Positions 40,801 through 55,662 of a stretch of DNA of 64,000 nucleotides are shown here, piece after piece. The stretch lies in NCBI GenBank assembly GCA_046563655.1, contig CM102287.1:8618001-8682000 (forward strand). Direction: 5' to 3'. The position numbers were made by a program, and so were the translations under genes. The notes beneath the pieces are model-generated. The model searched no databases. It was given only the letters and a program-made list of their open reading frames with translations, and was not told where the DNA came from. This DNA comes from Yuukianura sp. NJ FZ-2021 (taxonomy: Eukaryota). Within the stretch, counting starts at the first letter, position 1; the number at the start of each line of letters is the position of its first letter.

Positions 40801-41134
40801 TAAATGCATACTCGGAAAGCATAATCTGCCGTTTGGATAGCGGAGTGTAAGGGTCATACTCACGAGCGCTTGTGAACCTGAAACGACCAACAAACAATGT
40901 TTCCGTAAAATGCCACACAACCTTGAGTACGCTTACTAGTTACATTACACGTCTATAGTCCCAAGAGATCGTATAGTAGTATGTTACGTACATGTAGACG
41001 TCAGGAGCATTGTACTGGATTGCTGCCTTGTTCAACTTTTGGCCTTCACCATATTCCGTTCCAGCGATAAACAGTATCCAAATGAACATGAATGCTCTGT
41101 ACGAGTATCTGTCGAGTGATGGAAATCCCTTCAT
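34882..41134 (-). CDS. CATSPERB: CatSper channel auxiliary subunit beta-like (large secreted ectodomain plus C-terminal TM)
   Basis: N-terminal signal peptide (MKGFPSLDRYSYRAFMFIWILFIAG) and more than 20 short exons. The spliced C-terminal region VNYRPPSIHGVNIPISTNVYNSDPSKP...SKVSGGVYSKCKDKLTRAECKCTPADK...TDCKE...VEEVNGR...YNAEGLKFTVYGTGIYHFRA followed by a TM matches the order of recalled CATSPERB motifs (VNYRPPS, DPSKP, C-x4-TRxECxC, EVN, YNPSGL, FHFR). Internal exon boundaries are not all resolved. Confidence 0.8.
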
Positions 41135-41282
41135 TTCTCGTCAGTGCTGCAAAACAACCGGTAGCTTCTTGAAGGTGGAACGATTGGCAAGCAAACCAAG
41201 TCGTTGTCCTGCTGGAGTGGAGCTGGAGGAAGAGGAGAGAAGATCGACGACAACACTGGACAACAAAGGGCAGCAAATGACA

Positions 41283-41328
41283 ATGATGATGATGGGAAGA
41301 TATGATGATGATGATGATGATGATGATG
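41283..41328. repeat. (GAT)n microsatellite upstream of the CATSPERB-like start
   Basis: atgatgatgatgggaagatatgatgatgatgatgatgatgatgatg. Confidence 0.85.
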
Positions 41329-42308
41329 GTAAGACGCTGAGATGAAGACACGGCTAAATCGGTGGATTAATCGATTAACAACGGAGAACGGACTAACAAA
41401 CACTTGGGGACTCGACTGGGGAGATTTTTTGCCTTTCCTTTGTTTTTTCTTTGTCGCCTGTTTCGCTCTACTGAATTCAATTTACGCGCTTGCGTAAAAA
41501 CTTTGTCTTTATGTGTTCACGCATGACAAACAGACTGCAAGCGTATCAGGACTTTCAGGACACAAAACGCAAGTACGTTTTAAAAACGTTTACTGCGATT
41601 ATCGCAGTCCCATGTACTTAGAATCAAAAAACGTTTTACAATTTACCTGAATGCAGAAGGGGGAAACGTTTTTGTAGATGCGCCGAAAGAGAAAAAACGT
41701 TCTTATTGGTACTTTGCGGAAGAGAAAAAAACGTTTTTGTCGGCTGTAAAAACGATTTCGTTCCCACCGCACGTTTGGGGCGGGAATCCTGTTAAGTACA
41801 AAACGTCGTAATCGTAACGCTCCCTAAACGTAATGTTACTAAAGTTGATTCACAAAAATTCGTCCTTTACGTCTACTAATAAATAACGCCCGTCTACTAA
41901 AGTCGTTTTGGATGTCGAAGCTTATTTCTGGAAGACATTTCCTTCGGCACTCTTTATTTAAAAGCACAAAAATTGATTTAGCAGAACCAATCAATCAACA
42001 ATATAATGCGCGAGAAACATTAACACTTTAAAAGATGGACAATTTGCATGTGTTTTCAATTTACAACGAACATTTTTTCAATCCCTTAGTATCGGAATTT
42101 CGGTAAAGATCTACTACTCAGTACTAGTAACTTACAGTAATCTAATCAATAGAGAACAAATCAAAGGAAAGGTAAGTTAAGCGTAATGAAGTAGTACTCG
42201 GGCCATTTAGCGTCAGCCGAAGCCGCAGTATCAATTGGTTGGTAACTGTTTAACTGTTAGCCATGTTGATGGAAGTAGGATCCGTGTCGGGATTTCTACT
42301 ATTTATGG

Positions 42309-45305
<2,997 letters not shown>

Positions 45306-47412
45306 TTTTATTTTTGTTCAAATATCCGAGTATACTAGATAAAATTGCGAGTGGATTCCTTCCTCCAAACCTTGGTTCACTGGTTACGTCTTCTGTAACT
45401 CGAATTTTGTCCTCTATCGATCTGTAATCACAACAATAATAGGAGAGCATGTCACGCAGCAAGAGTTTTGAATAAGAGGTTATCGAAAACACGTTGGACG
45501 TCATCTAAGTCAAGTCCCCCAGGGCTATGAGTCACCAACTCATCGCGTTCGTCAATCAGCAGTGTCATTCTCAACAGACGAAGTAATTAAAAGATAAATA
45601 ACTCACCTGTCTCTGTCATACACGTTGAACAGGGACGTCACAAAAACGCCGTTAAATTAGAAACCACAAGTCGTCATCGCCCAATGCCAGCCAATGTCTA
45701 GCCACCCCAATCTGAAACTCCAAAACAAAAATACGAGAGATTAAAATCTTAACTGATCGATGAGGCTTGATACTGCGAATGTGAAAAGGTAATGCACTCC
45801 TAAGTCAACCTCGAATTGTTAACTACGCGCGTACTTTAGGTGACGTAAAATAACATTGACACAGGTCATCTCTGCTGGTGGGTCAATCAACTCTCTTATT
45901 TTTACCTCACTTTCAATTGCTAACTCTTCGTTGCTGTTTGATTTGGACATTTCATCTTACCTAACCTGACGTTTCAGTATGTAAATCCAGGAGGTACACC
46001 ACCTGTTATCTGTTGTTTTGGTGTTTTTTGAGGATGATGAAGCGAGGTGTGAACTGTCTGTTAAGTGGATTAGAAGTGAATTGAGTATGGAAGTGCAAGG
46101 AATCCAGTTAGTATTGGTTTATCTGTTATCCATTCTGCAATAACAAAACAACATGTTGATTTCACAATAGGGTGGGACTGGAACAAATCGGAGAGAAGTG
46201 GTAACCCGCAAAGGGGGAACGGAAAGGCGCGGACAGGCGTTAATTACTGAAGACATTGGAAAGAAGACATTTAATTGGAAAAAAAATTAAAAGTGAATGA
46301 AATTCGTCGAAAACTTAATGTCGTCAATTAAGATTACGGTCAATTCGGCTGAATCCGAATGAATTAAAGCTATTCACGCCCGTCTGAATCAATTTGCTAA
46401 GCAATTGCCTCAACCACTTTGAAAACTTGTAAATTAATTGTGTTAAACCCATGTATAATTAATGAATTAATAATTAAATTAAATTTTCATTCTAATAAAA
46501 AGTGAAAGTTACCGAGAGATCCATATTTAATTTTCTTTTTCCCGCCACTGAATTTGAATTCGACCCGTCACGATTAGACAAGTGAATTAGTTAATTTCGA
46601 GCGGGAAAATGGCCGCCGTATGAAATCTTCCAATGTTCAGATTATGCTTAGTTCAACTAATTTCAACTAAGCTAAGGCTAATTACGATAGTTAACGTAAT
46701 TAACTAATAGACTGTTAATTACCTTGTCTCACCGCCTTAAAGAATTTAATTAGCAATTAATTTAAATTAATTAGTAAGTGAATGCAGTAAATTGTAAAGT
46801 ATGCGGCGCCTCCGCCCAGTTTGGAGTAAGAAATTATTGGAGCCAAAACTAATTCAAATTTAAACACAAAACCCGCGAAACTTATTTGTTTACACTTTAG
46901 TGTAGACGTACGCGACTGTTGGATCAGTTGTTACCATCATTGTAACTGCTGTCATTTTGTAATCAGCGAGTGGCTAGTGAAAGTGGTTACCAAGCAAAAA
47001 TGGGTATGAATTTATATAAAAAAAATACCAGAATAGTCATTTCGTTGTAACTAACGAATTGGTGCAGAAACACTGGTGATGGTTACATTTTGTGGTTACA
47101 CGAAGAGGGCTTTGCTTTGCTTCACCCCATTGTGTTTCGTTTTTCGAGAAATTTATTGATCATTCAAAAACTGCAATTAAATTAAACTTAACTAAATTAA
47201 GTCAATTAGTTGATTTTCCATCACGAAAGGAGTTGAGTTAAGTACACAGTTTCGCAAGAGTTGTAGGAAGAAGGAACGAAAGGATTATAGGACGAACTAA
47301 CTTGAATCTGCCGTAGACAATCGATCAGAAGGTTAGCAAGTACAAGCCTTATTGCAATTCATTAAAAAGTGTTTGATTCTTTGATTTTGTTTCAGCAGGA
47401 AATAACAGAAAA

Positions 47413-47715
47413 ATGCTCCGATTCCTTATGCGGTACTTACTAAATCATCCGCAAATCATCGACAGAATGGCCAACTCTTACATTATGCGCCGTGCAGCAC
47501 AAATGACCGTATACATGTTTCACCGCTCAAAAGCAGCACTCGAAGACAAGGGAGCAGTGGACTTTAAAGAAAAAGTTACCAAACAAGTCAAGGAAATTAT
47601 GGATACAGATCCGTCACTGAAGATCAAGAGCTTCAAGAACACTTTCACCAACGAGTTCAAAAAAGAATGGGAGAAGGCGCGAGGAGGTGGGAGTGATCCA
47701 CCGAAGAGGAACTGA
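47413..47715 (+). CDS. NCBP2AS2: Protein NCBP2AS2 homolog (small, single coding exon)
   Basis: MLRFLMRYLLNHPQIIDRMANSYIMRRAAQMT matches the family N-terminus (L..HPQLVERL..S.PIRRAAQLT). Splice acceptor just upstream. Divergent from copine. Confidence 0.8.
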   Translation: MLRFLMRYLLNHPQIIDRMANSYIMRRAAQMTVYMFHRSKAALEDKGAVDFKEKVTKQVKEIMDTDPSLKIKSFKNTFTNEFKKEWEKARGGGSDPPKRN

Positions 47716-48869
47716 AACCGAACGTCATTGTTTTACTACGTCAAGGCCCACTTACGGCATCTTCGTGTCAACTCGTCATTTCACTTCTTGACCTCCAATT
47801 GCGATTGAAGGCCTCCTCAACTAAAGATAAGTAAGAAGTCAACTGACCCTGGTTCGAAATTTTTAATTATTAGGTTATGAGGTTAGCGAATAATTTTCGA
47901 CAGACGAAAAAGTCCATGTTCTTGATGCCTTTTAGACTAATCAGTGTATCGTGCACTGTCGAAAACAATATGAATGAGACAACGCACGAATAAACGTCAG
48001 TCGTCAATGCGAATCTTGCCGACTTTACATGACTTTTCTTTTCGCTCTCGTCACTCCCAATTTCCTCTTTCGTAAACATCCGTGAAGTTGCATTTTCGTG
48101 TGAAAGTTTTGCTTTTTATCCATTTGGGTTAGGATCATGATGTTAATTTACAAATTGTCACAAGCGTTTCGGATGGTTTGCTCTGTCCTAAACGTTTTTG
48201 TATTCATGGAATCTCTGATTTCTGAAAAACCAGGATGCTAACGTTAATTTTTTGTATTGCTGAACGCAAAAATAGCCACATCGGTCTAAAAAAAATCTTT
48301 GCGAAATTATGGTTCATTGGAATTCGAGAGGATGAAGCAACAGTTGCACAAAAGTTTTCGATTCTCAGTTTCATTTCAAAAGAATTGAAATGGAATATGA
48401 TACAGTAGTGGGGTTGCATAAATTTGGTTTGTTAATTGCTACCATCTTGTTTTGCTTTTACAATTTTACGACCAATGATTCATAGAAACGATAACCAAAA
48501 AGCATGATGCTGATGGTATTAAACTTCTGCGTACGCTAAACGCCACACAGAAATCTTTTTCGTGTATCTCCCTTCCTTTCTCTTCACTTCTTGCCTTGTC
48601 CTACTTCTTACTTTTTAAAATTAATGTTTTTATCATTTATCAAAGAGTCAGTGGACACGACACATCCAAGTAACTAAGCTATAGGCAAAACGCATACGAA
48701 ATAGAACTGTCACCGTTTACTTCTGGTGTAGTCACTTGACTCGTCGTCAGTCACTTCTTGTTGCTCAACTTGAAACAATTACTAACCTTTCGTCACCCCC
48801 ACCGTGACACTTTTATCAAATTGACAACAAACTTAACACTTCTGCTCCTTACCAGTTTATACCGTCGAT

Positions 48870-49661
48870 ATGAGGTCACTTGTTTTTGGAGTGTTGACCT
48901 TTGCTGTGACCTTGGCTCAACTGACCTCCGGACAACAAAACACAGCACACCCCGCCACGGTTTTACTAGATGAAGCTGACGAACCTACGCGACCTGATTC
49001 TGGGTGAGGAAAACGTTTTTCTACTTTTGTTTTTCGTTTTTCATGTCATGGGCTGAGAATATAATCAGAGATGTATCGATTTCGAAACGATTTAATTGCT
49101 TGTGTTTTGTTTGAATGATTTTTAATGTTGATTGTTCTATGCTTAGAATACTGGCGACACTGGAAAAGGCCTGGAATGAAGCCCTTGGAACAAGCGTTTT
49201 GGCGTGTATCATCATCATGCTGCCAGTGACCCTGTGCTTCCTGTTCTGTTCCTGTGTCATTTGTATTTACTTCAAGTGCTCAAATTCAAAAAGCTCACGA
49301 CGTGATTCAAGTGCCTCTTCTTCTCGCCTCGGTATGTCGTGTCCCTAATTTCAGTGACCCCTGACCTCTAATTTTTCATTTTTTTATGGCCATACACCGG
49401 TTTGACTCTAATTTCTTGGTTTCTTTTCAGGTTTGAAGTCTCGTGATGGACAATTGGATCCAATTCCACTTACTGGCTTAGTCCACTGCAACAAGTCGCC
49501 TTCTCAGGGATTCCTTCCGCTACGCCCAGTCGTGGGTAAGCTGCATCATGACTCGTTTTGATAACCATCTTTAACATGTAAAGTTCAATTAAAGTTAAAG
49601 TTAACGGTAATCACAAAGATATGTAACTTTAACTTCAGGTCGTCCTACCGCATCCACGTAA
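48870..49661 (+). CDS. Small type I membrane protein (signal peptide, single TM, juxtamembrane Cys)
   Basis: Exons 48870-49003 (MRSLVFGVLTFAVTLAQLTSG...), 49147-49331 (TM VLACIIIMLPVTLCFLFCSCVICIYF), 49431-49535, 49639-49661. Phases are consistent. Confidence 0.75.
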
Positions 49662-51035
49662 ATTGAACTGATCAATTACTTCCTTGATCTTGACCGTTTT
49701 GTGCTATTTGGCACGATCACCACCAAAATTCCTTTTACTGATGTAAACACGAGGAGATGAGCAGCAAAAAAAGATGAGCAAATCTCATTCATATTTGTCT
49801 TCCATGTCACGCCTTTTACAAGTTTCTTCTTCGGTCTCATTAGCATTGTTTTTACATTATTTAATTGACTAGAGTTAGCCAAGTGCTTGTCAGTTTTGTT
49901 GTTCTTGCTCTTATTCAACAATATTATTAACTTTAATTTATTTATTATTGTTTCCTTTGTATTTACTTTAACTTAGAATTGAACTGAATTCAACGGTGAG
50001 ACTGAAACATGTCTAACCTTTGACTTTTGAGAGCTACACTAACTATAATGTTGAATAAACATTACTCTAAATTACATTATGAAAAATCAAGAAACAAATA
50101 ACTCGTATTTTTTTTTTGCAAGAAAAACTATCCTGGTTTCAAAAATATGACGCTTGAGTATGCATTTTTAATATTCTTTTAGCCATTTTTTTGAAATGCT
50201 AAAAAGTAATCTCCCGTGTACTAAAACAAGTGAAAGCTAAGTACGGCTATTGTTATTTTTAGAAAATCGAGGTTGACCATTGTTGATTGTTATATTTTTA
50301 GATGAGCAATGAGCATTGTTAACTTTTCCATAAGCTTGTTGTCACTTATTGCCAATTTAATTTTCTGCAAACTCTGCAGGACTAAAAACTAAGCTCGGGC
50401 CATGCTAAAGCCTCTTTTTTTGAGTGGACTAAAATCTCTCCCCTATGTATGTGGAAGAGCTTATTCCACTTTCCGAAAGTTGCTTTTTGCACATGCTATT
50501 GTTATGTTGGAAATGATGGTTTCAATTGTTTCTGGTTTGGGATGTGTCCTTGTAAAAGTAGGGGTTGCACGTGGAATAGTAAATAATACAACATATTTAG
50601 GTTTTGGTAGAGAGAGCTTTGCAAAACTAACTAATGGGGATGCATGCATACCTTGAATGGTAATATTTTTATGTGAGATCAACAAAAGTAATTAATTTGG
50701 AAGGTGGTACGTAACATTTTCAGCTCTCAGCAACAGTATATTCTCACACAAGTTGAAATTTGGCAATGATTTTGGCATCCTCTGGTTCTGATTTTGCAAC
50801 TTGCGAATATTTTACAAAGTGTTGTTGCTGGTAGAAGCTTCGCTGGTGAGAAAATTCATAAAAAAAGGAAAAAGTTTGCCAAGGGAGATAATTTTTTCAT
50901 TTTGGTTTAAATTTGTACTTTGACCTCTGTGCTGCTAAGGTCAAATCGCTGTCATTTAAAATAGTTGTTCATGTGTAAGTTCTGCGCCTGCGTGGTGTGC
51001 TTTTAAACATTTTTCAGCGCTTTCAGTAAGATGCA

Positions 51036-51583
51036 ATGGATTTGACCTTGACAGCGTCAATCGCTGTTGCTGGAGGAACTTTGCTTGGAGTAATCGTTTT
51101 CTTTGTCATTATTTTGCTGCAGGAAATTAAAGAATTCAAAGGTAATAACTCCAAATTCAAAATCGATTTCAAAATTTTGACTTCTTTTCTAAAATTGTGA
51201 CCTCTTTTTTAGACAACCCGTTGCCTGTTGCGATCAATACCAAAAAGACTACAACTCAACCTGCTACTAAAACGCTCGAAGGTTTCAAGAAAAACTGCAG
51301 TGACTCTGTGTCTTTTCAAGGAGAAAGTAGTGCCACGAGCTCCACCTTGACGCTGGAAATGTCTCATGCTGGAGGAGGTAACGGTCAGAATACATAAACT
51401 GTTTTATGACTTTCATGATTTGACTTCAATCAATCAATTAATTGCAAACAATTGATTTTTTGTGTGCATTTAGATGGATCAAGAGAGAAAATTTCCAAGG
51501 ACGGTCGTTCTTCGTCAAAAACAAAAGACTTTTGCTACGACAATCCATGCATGGACCCTGCTGCAGCCGACTGTCATGTTTGA
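51036..51583 (+). CDS. Small single-pass membrane protein (N-terminal TM)
   Basis: Exons 51036-51141 (MDLTLTASIAVAGGTLLGVIVFFVIILL), 51213-51378, 51474-51583 (...FCYDNPCMDPAAADCHV*). Phase-1 introns. Confidence 0.7.
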
Positions 51584-52125
51584 AACTTTTGAACAAAAGA
51601 CTCACTGTTTTGGTCGTTGTTGACTCATCGTGTGGCTTTTTCTGGTCCACATACTTTCGTCATCACTTTTAAAGCTGGGACAATTCAAAGGTCAAAGTCC
51701 AGTGACACTTGGAGTTGTTTTGGAAACAAACTAAAGAGTTCTAGATTAGTTTTGTGGTTTCAAGAGTTCATCACCCATCACGCACTAAAAAGTGGCTTTT
51801 CCCTGTTACTTCCAACAAGGATTTTATTAGAACCATCTTCAACCTTGGAGCAATTACAGCCTAAGTCATGGACTGGTGATGACGAAAGTGAATCTCACGC
51901 TCAAGACTAATCTATCACAGTTTCAGTTTTTGAGTGAAAGAAAAAAGCTAACTACAAAACAGTTAGTTTTAATCCAACTTTAACCTCTGGCACGAGGAGG
52001 AGGTTATTATAATTGTCCCACTTCAAAAAACTGTCCAACAAACTGTCACTTCAACACTTGAAAAAAGTCAGTTTCAATTTCAAAGCAAGAGTGAAAGTGA
52101 CAGTGTCGCTGGCGACATCAGAAAA

Positions 52126-52751
52126 ATGGTTGTGCTGAAGTGTCGCCATCTGGCTGTGCTTGGTTGTTTCCTAGCAACGGCAGCTATAGCATCCTCTGGT
52201 GTGATTAATCCATCCACAACGGCGTCCCTGTCTTTAGAGTCGTAAGGAAACATTTTGAAGATTTTAATTTTCGAAATCTACAAACCAGTTTCAAAAAGTT
52301 ACGAAATGATCTTTTGAAATTTTAGAAATTCTACTTTGAGGTCATCTGAAGCCGAGGTCACGGTGACCCCCACGGCTACTCGTGCATACTGGATACGACG
52401 TAGGCCGGACTACAAACTTCTGTACATCAGTATCCCCATTTCAGCTGGAATTCTTTTGGCAGTGCTCATCTTCTTCCTGTGGGTGTTTTCTTCTAAACCA
52501 GAATCTCCTCAAGATAACTACGACTATGACAGTAAGCTAATCAAAAGCAAAACATAACTTATGCTGTAGTCACCCCGTGACCTTTGACCTCTAACACATG
52601 AAACTTTTTGGATACTTTAGGATTAGAAGAAGAGGTGGTTCCAGGACCATCAAACAGTGCCGGGTCACCGACGCATCCCGTTGTAGACCAAATCTTTGAC
52701 CTGCCTTATACAAATCCAGTTGAAGTCAATGATGATCTCCCGACAGTCTGA
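52126..52751 (+). CDS. Small type I membrane protein (signal peptide, S/T-rich stalk, TM)
   Basis: Exons 52126-52241, 52326-52531 (TM LLYISIPISAGILLAVLIFFLWVF), 52621-52751 (...LPYTNPVEVNDDLPTV*). Confidence 0.75.
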
Positions 52752-53621
52752 AATTATTGTCTAAGTACCGGAAACTACTTGTTTCGGTTAACGAGAGTGC
52801 CAATTGTGCATATTTTCCAGTTGACTCAACCGTACTGTGACGATGAATCATTATGTCTCAATCGCAACTGAACAAACCTTCCGCCATTTTGAATCCATTT
52901 TACTCATTCCAGTTCCAGTACTGACCATTTGTATCAAAACTTACGAAAGTTTTTTGAAATTTTAGAAAAACTTTTCCTAGAAAGTAATTTTTTAAACGTT
53001 ACGACATAAACTTAGAGTGGTTTATGAAATAAGCATCGCTTTTTAAGTTTTTTCAAACTTGCTACTTTTACTTTTAATTTATGAATCGTTTTCCAAACTT
53101 TGTATAGAATTTTGTTCAAAATCTTCCAACTTTTGTAAACTGTCCAATTTCACACGATAGATGTAATAAATTCTGTTTTCTATTAAATTCTATTAAACCA
53201 GCAGTTTTTCAAAAATATTTGCTAAATGTTAGATAGTAAATGTTGGGATTAATTGCGAAATTAAGCTAACTTTGCAAATTGTTATGTTGAATTTTACTTT
53301 ATGTTATTCTGTTTACCGTGGAATAGTTTGCAGCGATAGAGCGAATTGTGTTCAACCGCAACCAAAGGTGCTGATACAGTAATTCGCTTTGTCAGTGTGA
53401 CGCTGTTACGGATGTGGGAAACCGCAGAAGCAGCACATCAGCACATGAGCGGAATTTGTAAGTCCTTACGTAATAGTTGATCAGTGACCTTTAGGTCGAT
53501 CTCACACTAACGTGCAAAATTTTAAGAGAATTTGCAAATTTTCAAGTTTTCGCAATAAGTTTGTTCAACCAAATTAGTTTTTGATTGATTTTGAACCAGT
53601 TTTGAATTCAGCTGAAAGTGA

Positions 53622-54048
53622 ATGGCCAGGAAATTAGAAACGCTGCTCTACTTGTTCTGGATTTTGCATCCGTCCAATTCCCATTTGCTGGAAGTCGACA
53701 GAAGTCTCAAATCCAAATTCGCAATTGAAATCAGGCAATTTCTCAAAATTATGAAAAATTTGTTACGCATTGTTTTCAAATTCAGTTTTGTGTGTTTTCA
53801 GCCAAAGTGACGAAGAATGGGTGAATGGACTGTTTAGAGAATACGGGCCACGCGACGTGTCAACTGGGACTGTACCAATGTCGACGACCACCGTAGTGTT
53901 AACGGCGCTGATTGGACTCACAACGGCCACGGTGCTGGTCGCCGTGTGCTTCTACGTTGTGTCCGCCTTCGTCTCGGACTGTGTCCAGTGCAATCGTGCC
54001 AATTCGGAAGTTCATGCAGACGCGGAGTCGCAAGCGCAGTCAAGTTGA
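53622..54048 (+). CDS. Small single-pass membrane protein
   Basis: Clear last exon 53802-54048 with TM VVLTALIGLTTATVLVAVCFYVVSAFV. Joining the signal-like first exon (MARKLETLLYLFWIL...) needs a GC donor at ~53735. Confidence 0.55.
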
Positions 54049-54166
54049 TCGAAGTTGAACTTGATTACATCGTTAAACTAACTTTAATAGTTTCCGACTT
54101 AGCCATAAAATAGGTTTAGATTTGTGACTGTGATGGACAAAATGTCCAACATTTCAATCGAGTCTG

Positions 54167-54658
54167 ATGGCTTCTGCACAACGTTGTACCTGTGTTGCTC
54201 AAAAAGCGGCATTTCCTAGTCTTTTCCTTGTGACCTTGACATTGACCCTGGTTTTGTTAACGTTAGAAGGCTCCTTAGCGTCGGAATTGGATTACAGTGA
54301 AGAAAAAGAACACACGAGATGGGAAGTGATTACGATTGAACTGGAAGATCGACGTCCGGAGTCCAGTGAACGACGACGCAAGCGTGATACCGTAACGATA
54401 GAATTCTTAATCAGGGTTTCCGACAATGCAACTTTTGAAGAGTACCTAAAAGCGTGCATGCAAGGTACTTGACTAATTTTGAATTTTAAAAGTTTCAAAA
54501 TTTTAACAGACTTTTTGAGTTTTTTTTTCACTCCAGGTTTGACCGGAGTGTTTAATATAGACAGTCTGCCCGTGTACTACCAAGCGGCAAAAGTCTGCCA
54601 CGACAGCGCCTTGCGGTCGTTTGCGGAACTACGAAAGAAGAAGGCACTCACCTCTTGA
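54167..54658 (+). CDS. Secreted prepropeptide (signal peptide, acidic pro-region, RRRKR site, 2-Cys mature peptide), paralog A
   Basis: Exons 54167-54464 and 54537-54658. Predicted mature peptide DTVTIEFLIRVSDNATFEEYLKACMQGLTGVFNIDSLPVYYQAAKVCHDSALRSFAELRKKKALTS. Confidence 0.75.
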
Positions 54659-54887
54659 CCTCAATTTGTTTGCTCCACTTCAATTAGCAATTTCAAGGAA
54701 AAAGTATACTAAACAATGGTAGTATTAATTCAACTTTAGTACTAAACTGAATTCAACGTTAGCTGAATATTAATTGTTTAACAACCAACTCAAAATGGTT
54801 TAATTAAATTAATTGTTCCAAAGAAACTGTTATTACAGAAAGTAAAGTTTAAGAATGTCATAGAGGTCGCACCAGAATATTTTCGAA

Positions 54888-55501
54888 ATGGCTGCCGCAT
54901 TGACTGACGTTTGTTTCCTGGTAGTTTTAGGTTTAAAGTTGAACATGGTGCACTGTTTTGTCTTACCGCCAACAGTAGGAGCAGTACGCGAATTAGACGT
55001 AGATCAGGATCCGGATTTGCTAAAAAGCCCAAAGAGTTTTCAAAATTTCAATATTTTCCAAAAGTTCAAACATTTTGGCATTGGGCAACTACGCTCCAAC
55101 GTTTTGCGAAGAAAACGCCAAACTTCTAACACTAATAGTACTACTGAAGAGGAGCGTCCTTACTCTTTCACAAACATTTATGACCACTGTACCAAAAAGT
55201 GCGTCGATAGTAAGTGCTTAAAGCAAAGTGCTACAACACACTTTAATCCAACATAATCTAAACTACAAACAGTTATTCCAACAATTACCAACGTAATCAA
55301 CTTATTTTTGTGACTTTTGTAGGTCTACGTAAGCATTATTTTGAAACTACTGGTGAATTCTACCAGGCTGTCAAAGTTTGTCATACTGAAGTTCAAAATT
55401 TCTTGAAGAAAACTATTAACACCTTACATCCTTCGTTACGCACGCCTTCTGACTGCGTGCGGAAACTTGCTAATCCTACTAGACAAGTTCGGAATCCCTA
55501 A
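54888..55501 (+). CDS. Secreted prepropeptide (RRKR site, 4-Cys mature peptide), paralog B
   Basis: Exons 54888-55209 and 55323-55501. Predicted mature peptide QTSNTNSTTEEERPYSFTNIYDHCTKKCVDSLRKHYFETTGEFYQAVKVCHTEVQNFLKK...DCVRKLANPTRQVRNP. AATAAA at 55565. Confidence 0.75.
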
Positions 55502-55662
55502 CTTCAATTATTGAAGCGTAACATTAATCTAAGTAGCTGTACAATATTTATATAACATATTTTAAATAAATGCGTTTGAAAGAATTTCCCATCATTTATT
55601 AACTTTTCTTATTAAAAGTGACTTTTACATTAAAATTTGTACCTTGTGTATTAATGAGTGTC

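Noticed and set aside
41010..41403. Poly-Asp, poly-Ile and poly-His ORFs
   Set aside because: Artefacts of the (GAT)n microsatellite.
50402..50685. 84-aa hydrophobic ORF and its antisense ORF
   Set aside because: No supporting exon structure or motif. The hydrophobicity is explained by T-rich composition.
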